From UHGV virus genome UHGV-0210060: 40,776 nucleotides of DNA. One strand, written 5' to 3'. The notes below the pieces were generated by a model, which saw only the letters and a list, made by a program, of their open reading frames with translations, did no database searches and had not been told where the DNA came from. Below are positions 7,923-15,852 of the stretch, in pieces (position 1 is the stretch's first letter; each line of letters starts with the position of its first letter). The translations under genes were made by a program, and so were the position numbers. Origin of the DNA: a virus.

Positions 7923-8627
7923 ATGGAAAACAAAGATATTCGCAAGTCGAATCTGGCGTTTTTGCTAGATGAGCATAAAAAAATCGCGGGTAACACTAAT
8001 GCAAGCTTTGCCGATAAGCTTGGGGTTAGCCCTTCTCAACTCACGCAAGTCTCCGGTGAAAAAAGCACGCGAAACATAGGGGATAAACTAGCAAGAAAAT
8101 TTGAAGCCGCACTTGGGTTACCTAATGGGTGGCTTGATTTGGTACATGATGTAACACCAATTGCATCATGCTCAGATTCTTTAACTTTTGTCGGTCAGGT
8201 AAGAAAAGGGTTAGTGCGCGTGGTTGGTGAGGCAATTCTTGGTGTTGATGGTGCCATCGAGATGACCGAAGAGCGCGATGGGTGGCTCAAAATTTATAGC
8301 GATGATCCAGATGCCTTTGGTCTTCGTGTGAAAGGAGACAGCATGTGGCCCAGAATAAAATCAGGAGAATATGTGCTCATTGAGCCTAACACCAAAGTAT
8401 TCCCGGGTGATGAGGTGTTTGTCAGAACCATCGAAGGACACAACATGATCAAGATTCTTGGCTATGACAGAGATGGAGAATACCAGTTTACAAGCATCAA
8501 CCAGGACCACAGACCAATAACGTTGCCTTATCATCAAGTAGCAAAGGTGGAGTATGTGGCTGGTATTCTGAAGCAGTCACGCCATCTGGATGACATCGAG
8601 GCAAGGGAGTGGCTGAAAAGTTCGTGA
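7923..8627 (+). CDS. cI: CI-type repressor (HTH + S24 LexA-like autopeptidase domain)
   Basis: 234 aa; C-terminal GDSMWPRIKSGEYVLIEP ... GDEVFVRT ... MIKIL fits the S24 Ser/Lys fold; divergent from cro. Confidence 0.85.
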   Translation: MENKDIRKSNLAFLLDEHKKIAGNTNASFADKLGVSPSQLTQVSGEKSTRNIGDKLARKFEAALGLPNGWLDLVHDVTPIASCSDSLTFVGQVRKGLVRVVGEAILGVDGAIEMTEERDGWLKIYSDDPDAFGLRVKGDSMWPRIKSGEYVLIEPNTKVFPGDEVFVRTIEGHNMIKILGYDRDGEYQFTSINQDHRPITLPYHQVAKVEYVAGILKQSRHLDDIEAREWLKSS

Positions 8628-8744
8628 CTTTATCGTCACATAGCTGATAGCCAGTGGCCTGAAGAGACGTTTGGGTGATATATGTGAAATGCATATATTG
8701 ATATAAATGCAGCAATATCAATTAGTTAAAAGGTTATATTTTTA

Positions 8745-9125
8745 ATGAATGATCTTGATAAGAAAAAGTACGACCAAGTTATTGATTCTGTGAACTTCGC
8801 CCTTAGATCGTTGTCAGAGTTATTCGAAGCCCATGGAATGCATGGGATGTATGATCTAACGAATCCAAGCCTTGATGAGCTAAAATTAGTGTTTACAAGG
8901 ATGAAAAACGGTGTTGACTCTATTGCTCAAAGCTTTGAGCACATGGTAGAGACAGCAAAGGATATGGATGCCGCAAGTGCAAGCATAAATGTTATGAACA
9001 TCAAACAAGGATTGATGTATGCTGAATCACTATTGCTTGCTGTAGAGAAATTAGACTATGATAAATGTGTGGAAGCAAATACGCAGATAAAAACCCACGA
9101 TCTTCCACCAACCCAATGGCCTTAA
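8745..9125 (+). CDS. hypothetical protein (126 aa) in rex position downstream of cI
   Basis: AT-rich ORF; candidate promoter TTGGGT-17-TATATT at 8671..8699; no recognisable motif. Confidence 0.55.
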   Translation: MNDLDKKKYDQVIDSVNFALRSLSELFEAHGMHGMYDLTNPSLDELKLVFTRMKNGVDSIAQSFEHMVETAKDMDAASASINVMNIKQGLMYAESLLLAVEKLDYDKCVEANTQIKTHDLPPTQWP

Positions 9126-9194
9126 TAGTAAATCAAGATTTCATATAGTCTATTTGAACTAGGCTAGTACCATAAAATAAACCGAGGAAACGCA

Positions 9195-9296
9195 ATGAAA
9201 ACCATGTCCACTCTGCACAAAGATGCAATGACCCTGAGAGCTCTCATCAACGAGATTCTGGCTCGCTCGTCAGCACACACCAAAAAAGCCGCATAA
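9195..9296 (+). CDS. small ORF (33 aa) upstream of terminator
   Basis: Own translation MKTMSTLHKDAMTLRALINEILARSSAHTKKAA; preceded by GAGGAAA; followed 11 nt later by an intrinsic terminator. Confidence 0.3.
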   Translation: MKTMSTLHKDAMTLRALINEILARSSAHTKKAA

Positions 9297-9307
9297 TGCC
9301 TACATAA

Positions 9308-9333
9308 CCCGGCCTCAGCGCCGGGTTTTCTTT
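9308..9333 (+). terminator. intrinsic terminator ending the cI-side transcript (tIMM-like)
   Basis: CCCGGC-ctcagc-GCCGGG followed by TTTTCTTT. Confidence 0.7.
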
Positions 9334-9469
9334 GCCTAACGTCCCCCAAAAAACGCATAACCAATTGTATTTATTGAAAAATTGATAGATACAACTTGCT
9401 AAACCACGAAATTCTGATCTCCCTCAAATCTCTTTATTTATCCTGTCGAATTCCTGCAACAAAATAAAA

Positions 9470-9560
9470 CACCATAAAAATCAATATCATATTTGAAAAT
9501 CAAAAGAATTTATCATTTTGCTATTGTCATTAATTTATCATTCCGATAAAGTTTACCCAT
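9470..9560 (+). promoter_or_regulatory. OL / PL region
   Basis: aaTTTATCAttttgctattgtcattaaTTTATCAttccGATAAAgt: same half-sites as OR; candidate promoter TTGTCA-17-TAAAGT reading toward N. Confidence 0.5.
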
Positions 9561-9598
9561 CAGCAGGACGCTGGAAGCCAAACGGAACAGACTGGCAT

Positions 9599-9644
9599 GC
9601 TCTTTAAACAACGTCGAACACTCGACTACGTGGCTGAAAAGCCA
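9599..9644 (+). promoter_or_regulatory. nutL-like site (boxA + boxB hairpin with GAAA loop)
   Basis: GCTCTTTAAACAAC, GTCGAacacTCGAC hairpin, then TGGCT-GAAA-AGCCA; same three-part layout as the nutR candidate. Confidence 0.55.
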
Positions 9645-9667
9645 GCTCACCCAACCACATAAGCTGT

Positions 9668-9717
9668 GGGATGCAATGCCGAAGCAACCGCCTCAGGAGT
9701 AGCTTCGGGATTGCATC
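9668..9717 (+). other. long hairpin in the N leader (16-bp stem with one mismatch, 16-nt loop)
   Basis: GGGATGCAATGCCGAAGC ...16 nt... GCTTCGGGATTGCATC, ending 25 nt before the N start codon. Confidence 0.6.
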
Positions 9718-9742
9718 ACCAGAGTTTATTCGGGAGGAATCT

Positions 9743-10015
9743 ATGTCCAGAAAAACAGAATTTAAAGGCACCGCAGCTTCTCGCCGTAGAGCTCGTCGTG
9801 CAAATCTGCAAAGTCAGGAGGCGATCAGCTCCGACAAGCTACACAGGCCAACCCCTTCACGAGTGGTCTTGCAATGCAAGCGCAAACCAGCAATGAGAGC
9901 AGAAGTAATAACACTGACAACGTTGACCAGAAAATATGAAGGCTCAACTTGTCTTCCAAACGTAGCTATTTACGCGGCAGGCTACCGGAAATCAAAACAA
10001 CTGACGGCGAGGTAA
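9743..10015 (+). CDS. N: N-type antiterminator (arginine-rich motif)
   Basis: GGGAGG RBS; MSRKTEFKGTAASRRRARRANLQ arginine-rich N-terminus; C-terminus AIYAAGYRKSKQLTAR resembles P22 gp24 (ALYAAGHRKSKQITAR). Confidence 0.8.
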   Translation: MSRKTEFKGTAASRRRARRANLQSQEAISSDKLHRPTPSRVVLQCKRKPAMRAEVITLTTLTRKYEGSTCLPNVAIYAAGYRKSKQLTAR

Positions 10016-10017
10016 TT

Positions 10018-10380
10018 ATGGGTCAGGAAGAAAAATATGAGCTTAAAAAGCTCATTGAAGAAGACGCCATAGAAGAAATTGCAGCATTAACAACAGCTAT
10101 AAAGAATATTAGGTATGCGCTAAATACGCTTATCTCCTCATGCGACAAAAATAGCAGGGAATTTTTGATACTTGGAGCAGCTCTAGGAATAGTTGATGCG
10201 GCAACGCTTCACCTAATTACTCATGACGATATTCTTATTGAGCCGTATGAAACATTACTGCTTGTCAGGCAAAAAATGGCTGATGCCGCAGCAAATGGAG
10301 ACCTTCAACTTTACATCGACTTAAGGAAAGTATTAAGGCGAATGGTCAGAACTGAAGGAGATATCCCCCTGACAAAATAA
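10018..10380 (+). CDS. hypothetical protein (120 aa)
   Basis: ORF from ATG 10018 directly after N; predicted soluble; no motif recognised. Confidence 0.5.
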   Translation: MGQEEKYELKKLIEEDAIEEIAALTTAIKNIRYALNTLISSCDKNSREFLILGAALGIVDAATLHLITHDDILIEPYETLLLVRQKMADAAANGDLQLYIDLRKVLRRMVRTEGDIPLTK

Positions 10381-10570
10381 GGGGGTGAGAGGATTTTACT
10401 ATTTTTCTCGCTGTAGGGGTACACGAGAACCACCGAGCCTGATGTGGTTAAAAGACAGGCATACGAATAAACACTGCACTGTGTATTCATTCCAACGAGT
10501 GAATACACGGAGCAATGTCGCTCGTAACTAAACAGGAGCCGACTTGTTCTGATTATTGGAAATCTTCTTT

Positions 10571-10594
10571 GCCCTCCAGTGTGAGGGCTTTTTT
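10571..10594 (+). terminator. intrinsic terminator (tL1-like) preceded by a 9-bp-stem hairpin
   Basis: GCCCTC-cagtgt-GAGGGC + TTTTTT; upstream hairpin GTGTATTCA...TGAATACAC at 10479..10507. Confidence 0.7.
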
Positions 10595-10660
10595 ATATGC
10601 ATACCAATAACGCTTCACTCGAGGCGTTTTCGTTATGCAATCAAACAGAAGGAGCATCCT

Positions 10661-10831
10661 ATGCAACAGTTCGCTATTGCAGGGGCGGCATCGGTTCGCC
10701 CTTTCAACCCGATTTTATCGGTACAGCATTCACGAAAAAATATTTTAACCGGAGCAGACTTTAAACAACCAAGAATGAAAAGTTTGCTCGAAAAGCTTTG
10801 GGATATTTTGAAACAACAAGGCCGTCCATGA
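10661..10831 (+). CDS. cIII: CIII-like protein (FtsH inhibitor family)
   Basis: From ATG 10661 (RBS AAGGAG): MQQFAIAGAAS...KSLLEKLWDILKQQGRP compares to lambda CIII MQYAIAG...ESLLERI...KRLIDILNQPG. Confidence 0.65.
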   Translation: MQQFAIAGAASVRPFNPILSVQHSRKNILTGADFKQPRMKSLLEKLWDILKQQGRP

Positions 10832-10986
10832 ATTTTACAGATAACTGGTCAGACGAAGAATTCATTCGTCAGATGAAAGAATTAATCGGTAACGAAGGAG
10901 ATATTCATGTCACTTGCAACCACAGTGAAGGAGAGCAAGTTACAGAGACGCATGTACACGCAGAAAGCTCTCTGGTATCGCCATAA
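10828..10986 (+). CDS. small ORF (52 aa); Kil-like by position only
   Basis: ATG overlaps cIII stop (ATGA); acidic small protein; function not readable from sequence. Confidence 0.35.
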   Translation: MNFTDNWSDEEFIRQMKELIGNEGDIHVTCNHSEGEQVTETHVHAESSLVSP

Positions 10987-11085
10987 TGGCGACCGCGAAG
11001 GAATGCGGGTATGCCTTAATTTGTCCCGAGTCGAAGTATTAAATCAGCGTTATTTCCTTGGGCCGTGTCCATTCTGAGGTGAATT

Positions 11086-11793
11086 ATGGATTTGAACAAA
11101 TTCGATGAGCCATTCAGCCCTGAAGATATCGAATGGCGAATACAGCAAAGCGGTAAAACACGCGATGGCAAGGTGTGGGCTATGGTGCTGGCTTATGTCA
11201 CGAACCGGGCAATCATGAAGCGCCTGGACGATGTTTGCGGCAAAGCAGGATGGCGCAATGAATACCGCGATATTCCCAACAACGGCGGAGTTGAATGCGG
11301 CATATCAATCAAGATTGATTCCGAATGGGTAACCAAATGGGATGCTGCTGAAAACACGCAGGTAGAAGCCGTCAAAGGCGGTCGTTCCGGTGCAATGAAG
11401 CGCGCTGCCGTTCAGTGGGGAATCGGTCGGTATCTGTATAACCTTGAGGAAGGTTTTGCACAAACATCTCTCGATAAAAAGCAGGGATGGCACAGGGCAA
11501 AACTCAAGGATGGAACAGGATTTTACTGGCTCCCTCCATCGCTGCCGGGATGGGCAATCCCAGCATCAGATAACAAACCATCACCAGAAAATACCAACCA
11601 GAAATCTCCATCGGTTGACTGCGAACAAATCCTGAAAGACTTCAGCGATTATGCGTCAACAGAAACTGACAAGAAAAAACTCATCGAGCGTTATCAGCGT
11701 GACTGGCAATTAATGGCTGGCAACGAGGAGGCGCAGGCTAAATGCGTTCAGGTAATGAACATCAGAGTTAACGAACTAAAACAGGCGGCATAA
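11086..11793 (+). CDS. Rad52-like single-strand annealing protein (Sak type)
   Basis: Pattern DIEWR...G...GKVWAMVLAYVTNRAIMKRLDDVCGKAGWRNEY ... MKRAAVQWGIGRYLYN fits the Rad52/22 N-terminal fold signature; precedes ssb. Confidence 0.65.
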   Translation: MDLNKFDEPFSPEDIEWRIQQSGKTRDGKVWAMVLAYVTNRAIMKRLDDVCGKAGWRNEYRDIPNNGGVECGISIKIDSEWVTKWDAAENTQVEAVKGGRSGAMKRAAVQWGIGRYLYNLEEGFAQTSLDKKQGWHRAKLKDGTGFYWLPPSLPGWAIPASDNKPSPENTNQKSPSVDCEQILKDFSDYASTETDKKKLIERYQRDWQLMAGNEEAQAKCVQVMNIRVNELKQAA

Positions 11794-12309
11794 ATGGCAA
11801 GCAGAGGCGTAAATAAGGTGATCATTATTGGTCGCCTTGGGCATGATCCAGAAATCAGATATTCACCATCAGGAACGGCATTTGCAAACCTTACCGTTGC
11901 TACGTCAGAACAATGGCGTGATAAGAAAACTGGAGAGCAAAAGGAGCAGACGGAGTGGCACCGCGTGGTAATGAGCGGGAAACTGGCAGAAATTGCCAGC
12001 GAATATCTGCGAAAAGGCTCTGAGGTTTATCTTGAAGGCAAATTGCGGACAAGAAAATGGCAGGATCAAAGCGGACAGGATCGGTTCACTACCGAAGTCA
12101 TCGTGGGCGTTGGTGGAACCATGCAAATGCTTGGTGGCAAGCAAGGAGGCAATGAACAGTCTTCACCTCAGCGAAATAATGGTCAGCAACAAAGACAGCA
12201 ACCTCAGCAGCAGGGAAATCACAGCGAACCACCTATGGATTTTGACGACGATATCCCCTTTGCACCAGTAACTCTCCCCTTCCCTCGTCACGCTATTCAC
12301 GCAATTTAA
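11794..12309 (+). CDS. ssb: single-stranded DNA-binding protein with C-terminal extension
   Basis: OB-fold N-terminus ([41 protein letters not shown]...TEWHRVV), Gln/Gly-rich linker, MDFDDDIPF, then 15 extra residues [15 protein letters not shown]. Confidence 0.9.
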   Translation: MASRGVNKVIIIGRLGHDPEIRYSPSGTAFANLTVATSEQWRDKKTGEQKEQTEWHRVVMSGKLAEIASEYLRKGSEVYLEGKLRTRKWQDQSGQDRFTTEVIVGVGGTMQMLGGKQGGNEQSSPQRNNGQQQRQQPQQQGNHSEPPMDFDDDIPFAPVTLPFPRHAIHAI

Positions 12310-12317
12310 GGACTTAC

Positions 12318-12866
12318 ATGAATCACTTGATGGTTGACCTTGAAACAATGGGCAACGGGCCATACGCGCCAGTTATTTCTATTGGGGCGGTATTCTTTGA
12401 CCCGAATACCGGAGAAACAGGAGAAGAGTTCTCGGTAAATATCTCGCTTGAATCATCAATGCGATATCGAGCGCGTCCTGACGCTTCAACGATTTTATGG
12501 TGGCTGGAACAGAGTGAAGAAGCCAGAAAATCGCTAACCAGCAACACTCAGGAGCTTTCAACGGCTCTTTCATGGTTATCTGAATTCATCATAAAGAACG
12601 CTAACCACAAATTCGTTCAGGTTTGGGGGAATGGAGCATCATTTGACTGCGTTATTCTCCGAAACAGTTATTCGCTGACAGGGCAGCCAGTTCCATGGCA
12701 GTGGTGGAATGACCGCGACGTAAGAACAATCGTCGAGCTTGGAAAGGTAATAGGATTCAACCCTAAGCGAGATATGCCATTCAAAGGAACTCGCCACAAC
12801 GCGCTTGATGATGCCATCCACCAAGCCAAATACGTTTCAGCGATCTGGAAAAAGTTAGCTAAATAA
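12318..12866 (+). CDS. DEDDh 3'-5' exonuclease (DnaQ-like)
   Basis: Exo I DLETMG, Exo II NGASFDC, Exo III HNALDDA in canonical order. Confidence 0.75.
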   Translation: MNHLMVDLETMGNGPYAPVISIGAVFFDPNTGETGEEFSVNISLESSMRYRARPDASTILWWLEQSEEARKSLTSNTQELSTALSWLSEFIIKNANHKFVQVWGNGASFDCVILRNSYSLTGQPVPWQWWNDRDVRTIVELGKVIGFNPKRDMPFKGTRHNALDDAIHQAKYVSAIWKKLAK

Positions 12867-12882
12867 TCAACAGGAGAAAAAC

Positions 12883-13179
12883 ATGCCAGCGCCTTTGTAT
12901 GGTGCGGATGACGCGCGCCGCTGTTCCGGCAATTCCGTATCGGAGGTGCTGGATAAATTCAGGAAAAACTACGACCGGATAATGTCGCTACCGCAGGAAA
13001 CGAAAGAGGAAAAGGAGTTTCGCCACTGCATATGGCTTGCAGAGAAAGAAGAACGCGATCGAATTTACCAGACATCAATCCGACCATTCCGCAAAGCCAC
13101 ATATACCCACTTCCCTGAATATATCGACCCGCGCCTGCGTAATTACCGCTCACGCTATGGCGCTATCAGTAATGACTGA
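12883..13179 (+). CDS. hypothetical protein (98 aa)
   Basis: Co-oriented ORF in early-left operon; no motif recognised. Confidence 0.5.
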   Translation: MPAPLYGADDARRCSGNSVSEVLDKFRKNYDRIMSLPQETKEEKEFRHCIWLAEKEERDRIYQTSIRPFRKATYTHFPEYIDPRLRNYRSRYGAISND

Positions 13180-13354
13180 GGAATTTACCATGAGAGGACT
13201 TGCATACAATCCCAGCATTCTTCCGGCAGAAATGATTATTCGCCAACGCGTAAAGCCAATGCCATCGAGAGAGGAATTGCTTAAGAGAAAGAGTTTCGGT
13301 TCTGTTAATGACAACAAATATCTGAATGCGATGTGGCGGAGTGGGAAGAAATGA
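13172..13354 (+). CDS. hypothetical small protein (60 aa)
   Basis: ORF overlapping both neighbours' ends; start 13172 or 13190. Confidence 0.35.
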   Translation: MTEEFTMRGLAYNPSILPAEMIIRQRVKPMPSREELLKRKSFGSVNDNKYLNAMWRSGKK

Positions 13355-13827
13355 AACAAATGTCACTAATTGAGATGGATGGTTTTCTGAAAGGTAAATG
13401 CATCCCACGAGATTTAAAGGTTAACGAAACAAACGCTGAATATCTGGTGCGTAAGTTCGGTGAGCTTGAATCAAAACTGGAAACGGCGTTGCGGGAGTGT
13501 CGTTCTGCTGGAATCACGATTGATAACCTTGAGGCTAAATGCGCGAAGATGGCTGCAGAAAATACCTCGCTTAAGCAATCTGAGAAGGAATTTAATGACT
13601 TTTGTCGTGAGGAGTTTAGCGAATGGGAAGATGATGTTACTGAAACCCCAGCCACCGACACTTTCCTGGATGAAGTGCGGGCGCAGGCGTTTAATGACCT
13701 TTGCTCGGCGTTCGTTAAACACGCGAATCTCGCGGGAATGGATGATGGTGAGCTAGTGAGGCTTAAATATGCGACGGACGCCCTGCTGCATTGTGCAGAC
13801 CAACTTCGCAAGGGAGTGCATTCATGA
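13351..13827 (+). CDS. hypothetical protein (~158 aa)
   Basis: ATG 13351 overlaps previous stop; acidic, predicted helical. Confidence 0.5.
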   Translation: MKQMSLIEMDGFLKGKCIPRDLKVNETNAEYLVRKFGELESKLETALRECRSAGITIDNLEAKCAKMAAENTSLKQSEKEFNDFCREEFSEWEDDVTETPATDTFLDEVRAQAFNDLCSAFVKHANLAGMDDGELVRLKYATDALLHCADQLRKGVHS

Positions 13828-14057
13828 GCAACCTACTACCATGTCCATTCTGTGGCGGCGCAGCGCACGTTGCCAGCGAAGCGGATCACCCTGAATATGG
13901 CTCTGGCGGTCGATTCTATTTCGTTCGATGCGGTACGTGTCGCGCTCAATCTGGTAGCAAATATGCAGCGCCTGGAAATGACTGCGCGATTTTTTATTCA
14001 GAGGTTAGAGCAGAGTGGAATCAGCGAGCAAAGGAGGCAAACAGTGAGCAAGATTGA
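13824..14057 (+). CDS. lar: Lar-family restriction-alleviation protein
   Basis: [12 protein letters not shown]...VRCGTCRAQSG: small Cys4 protein with the CPFCG signature of Lar-family proteins. Confidence 0.7.
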   Translation: MSNLLPCPFCGGAAHVASEADHPEYGSGGRFYFVRCGTCRAQSGSKYAAPGNDCAIFYSEVRAEWNQRAKEANSEQD

Positions 14058-14895
14058 CTATCAGGCACTGCGTGAAAAGGCAGAGAAAGCAACGTGTGGT
14101 GTATGGTCGCTCGAATATGGAGAGGGACGATTTGATGGTGATGATGCACTAATTCATCGCGAGGTTTCTGGATATATTCCTATTTGCAGAATTGAAGGAG
14201 CGCATCCAGAAAGCGGTTTCGATGAAGATTTCCAAATGGAACAGCAGGCCAACGCTGAATTCATCGCCGCAGCCAATCCGGCTACCGTCTTGGCGCTGCT
14301 GGATGAACGGGAAAGAAACCAGCAATACATCAAACGCCGCGACCAGGAGAACGAGGATATTGCGCTAACGGTAGGGAAGCTGCGTGTTGATCTGGAAGCA
14401 GCAAAAAAGCGCATAGCAGAACTGGAAGCCGACCCCGTAAGCCAAACTTACAACTTGCCAGAATTAATCGAGGGCATGGAAGTTTCCATTGATGTAAGCA
14501 CTTGTGATGCTGATTTAGGTAATCGCTATTTCGGCACCGTCACCGAGGCGTTAGAACTTGATACAGCCAAGAATGGTTACATCCTCCTGGTTCAGGACGC
14601 AGAGCCAAACTTCGATGTAAATGGCAACTCTCCGGTAACTCCGGATGGTTGGGTCATGGTGCCGAAGAGACTAACAGCCGAGAACGGCGCTAAGGGTGCG
14701 CTATCCGGTGAATTTTCAGAAACTACGTTTATCAGCTGCCCGGAATGCTTTGGCGATGATGATTGCGATACCTGTGACGGTAGCGGGCGGATTGAAATTA
14801 AAGTACCAGTCACATGGACGACCATAAAATCCATCTGGGATAAAGGTATTGCGTATTTTGCAGCAGAACCGCCGCAGGAGGTTAACCTTGGCTAA
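14044..14895 (+). CDS. Ea22-like protein
   Basis: GTG start after AGGAGG; N-terminus MSKIDYQALREKAEKATCGVWSLEYG typical of lambdoid Ea22-like proteins; upstream part of the listed ORF overlaps lar in another frame. Confidence 0.6.
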   Translation: MSKIDYQALREKAEKATCGVWSLEYGEGRFDGDDALIHREVSGYIPICRIEGAHPESGFDEDFQMEQQANAEFIAAANPATVLALLDERERNQQYIKRRDQENEDIALTVGKLRVDLEAAKKRIAELEADPVSQTYNLPELIEGMEVSIDVSTCDADLGNRYFGTVTEALELDTAKNGYILLVQDAEPNFDVNGNSPVTPDGWVMVPKRLTAENGAKGALSGEFSETTFISCPECFGDDDCDTCDGSGRIEIKVPVTWTTIKSIWDKGIAYFAAEPPQEVNLG

Positions 14896-15172
14896 CCTAC
14901 AACTTGCCGTTAAAGGTGAATACTTCGATGCCATGATTCGCAGAGAGAAAACGGAAGAGTATCGCCTGTGTAATGACTACTGGAATAAGCGAATTATGTT
15001 CCGGGAGTATGATCGCCTGATTATCACAAAGGGATATCCGAAGCGCGACGATTCCAGCCGTAGAATTGATGTTCCGTATGACGGATATGAAATCAAGACA
15101 ATCACACATCCGCACTTCGGCGATAAACCGGTAAAGGTGTTCGCGATAAAGGTGAATATCGGCAATGAATAA
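14888..15172 (+). CDS. hypothetical protein (~94 aa; start uncertain, possibly TTG)
   Basis: Open frame overlapping the Ea22-like stop; no ATG near the 5' end. Confidence 0.4.
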   Translation: MANLQLAVKGEYFDAMIRREKTEEYRLCNDYWNKRIMFREYDRLIITKGYPKRDDSSRRIDVPYDGYEIKTITHPHFGDKPVKVFAIKVNIGNE

Positions 15173-15231
15173 CAATCCTCGAACTCGCGGGGATTTCTTT
15201 TATCTGAACTCGCTACGGCGAGTTTTGTTTT

Positions 15232-15543
15232 ATGGAGATGATTATGGCCTGTTCAACATTCAACCATCTAACGTTACAGAAATACCAGCCAGACCCTGAA
15301 GATTTATGCTCACTGTGTGGCGGAAATCATGGTAAAGCCGCCATGATCGAATGTAAGGACAAAATCCACATTTGCCTTAATTGCGTTGATGTCCTCGTTG
15401 ATATCAAAAATGAGAGAGAAGATAAAAAGCGTAGCGAGGCTATTCGCGCATTAGATTCATGGATGCGAGATGGGTATAGTGCTGCGCAAATTTATGACTT
15501 CGCAATATCAAAAGGCGAAATACCAGGAGTGCGCATCGAATAA
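15232..15543 (+). CDS. hypothetical Cys-rich protein (103 aa)
   Basis: CSLCGG...CLNC cysteine pairs suggest a zinc ribbon; followed by a terminator. Confidence 0.55.
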   Translation: MEMIMACSTFNHLTLQKYQPDPEDLCSLCGGNHGKAAMIECKDKIHICLNCVDVLVDIKNEREDKKRSEAIRALDSWMRDGYSAAQIYDFAISKGEIPGVRIE

Positions 15544-15585
15544 GACGTAACCAATATTCGAATTGAAGAACTGAAAGAACACCAA

Positions 15586-15607
15586 GCCGCCTGATGGCGG
15601 TTTTTTC
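15586..15607 (+). terminator. intrinsic terminator upstream of xis
   Basis: GCCGCC-tgat-GGCGG followed by TTTTTTCTT. Confidence 0.7.
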
Positions 15608-15633
15608 TTGCGTGTAATTGCGGAGACTTTGCG

Positions 15634-15852
15634 ATGTACTTGACACTTCAGGAGTGGAACGCACGCCAGCGACGCCCAAGAAGCCTTGAAACAGTTCGTC
15701 GATGGGTACGCGAGTGCAGGATATTCCCTCCTCCGGTTAAGGATGGAAGAGAGTATCTGTTCCACGAATCAGCGGTAAAGGTTGACTTAAATCGACCAGT
15801 AACAGGTAGCCTTTTGAAGAGGATCAAAAATGGGAAGAAGGCGAAGTCATGA
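15634..15852 (+). CDS. xis: excisionase Xis (lambda type)
   Basis: MYLTLQEWNARQRRPRSLETVRRWVRECRIFPPPVKDGREYLFHESAVKVDLNRP... is essentially lambda Xis. Confidence 0.95.
   Translation: MYLTLQEWNARQRRPRSLETVRRWVRECRIFPPPVKDGREYLFHESAVKVDLNRPVTGSLLKRIKNGKKAKS

Noticed and set aside
9164-9364. 66-aa minus-strand ORF across the 33-aa ORF and terminator
   Set aside because: Antisense to the terminator hairpin and PL-proximal region; no RBS; would be transcribed against the cI-side operon.
10381-10560. Possible tRNA or retron-like RNA in the untranslated stretch after the 120-aa ORF
   Set aside because: No cloverleaf (no acceptor stem, no T-loop GTTCRA motif) and no reverse transcriptase gene nearby.
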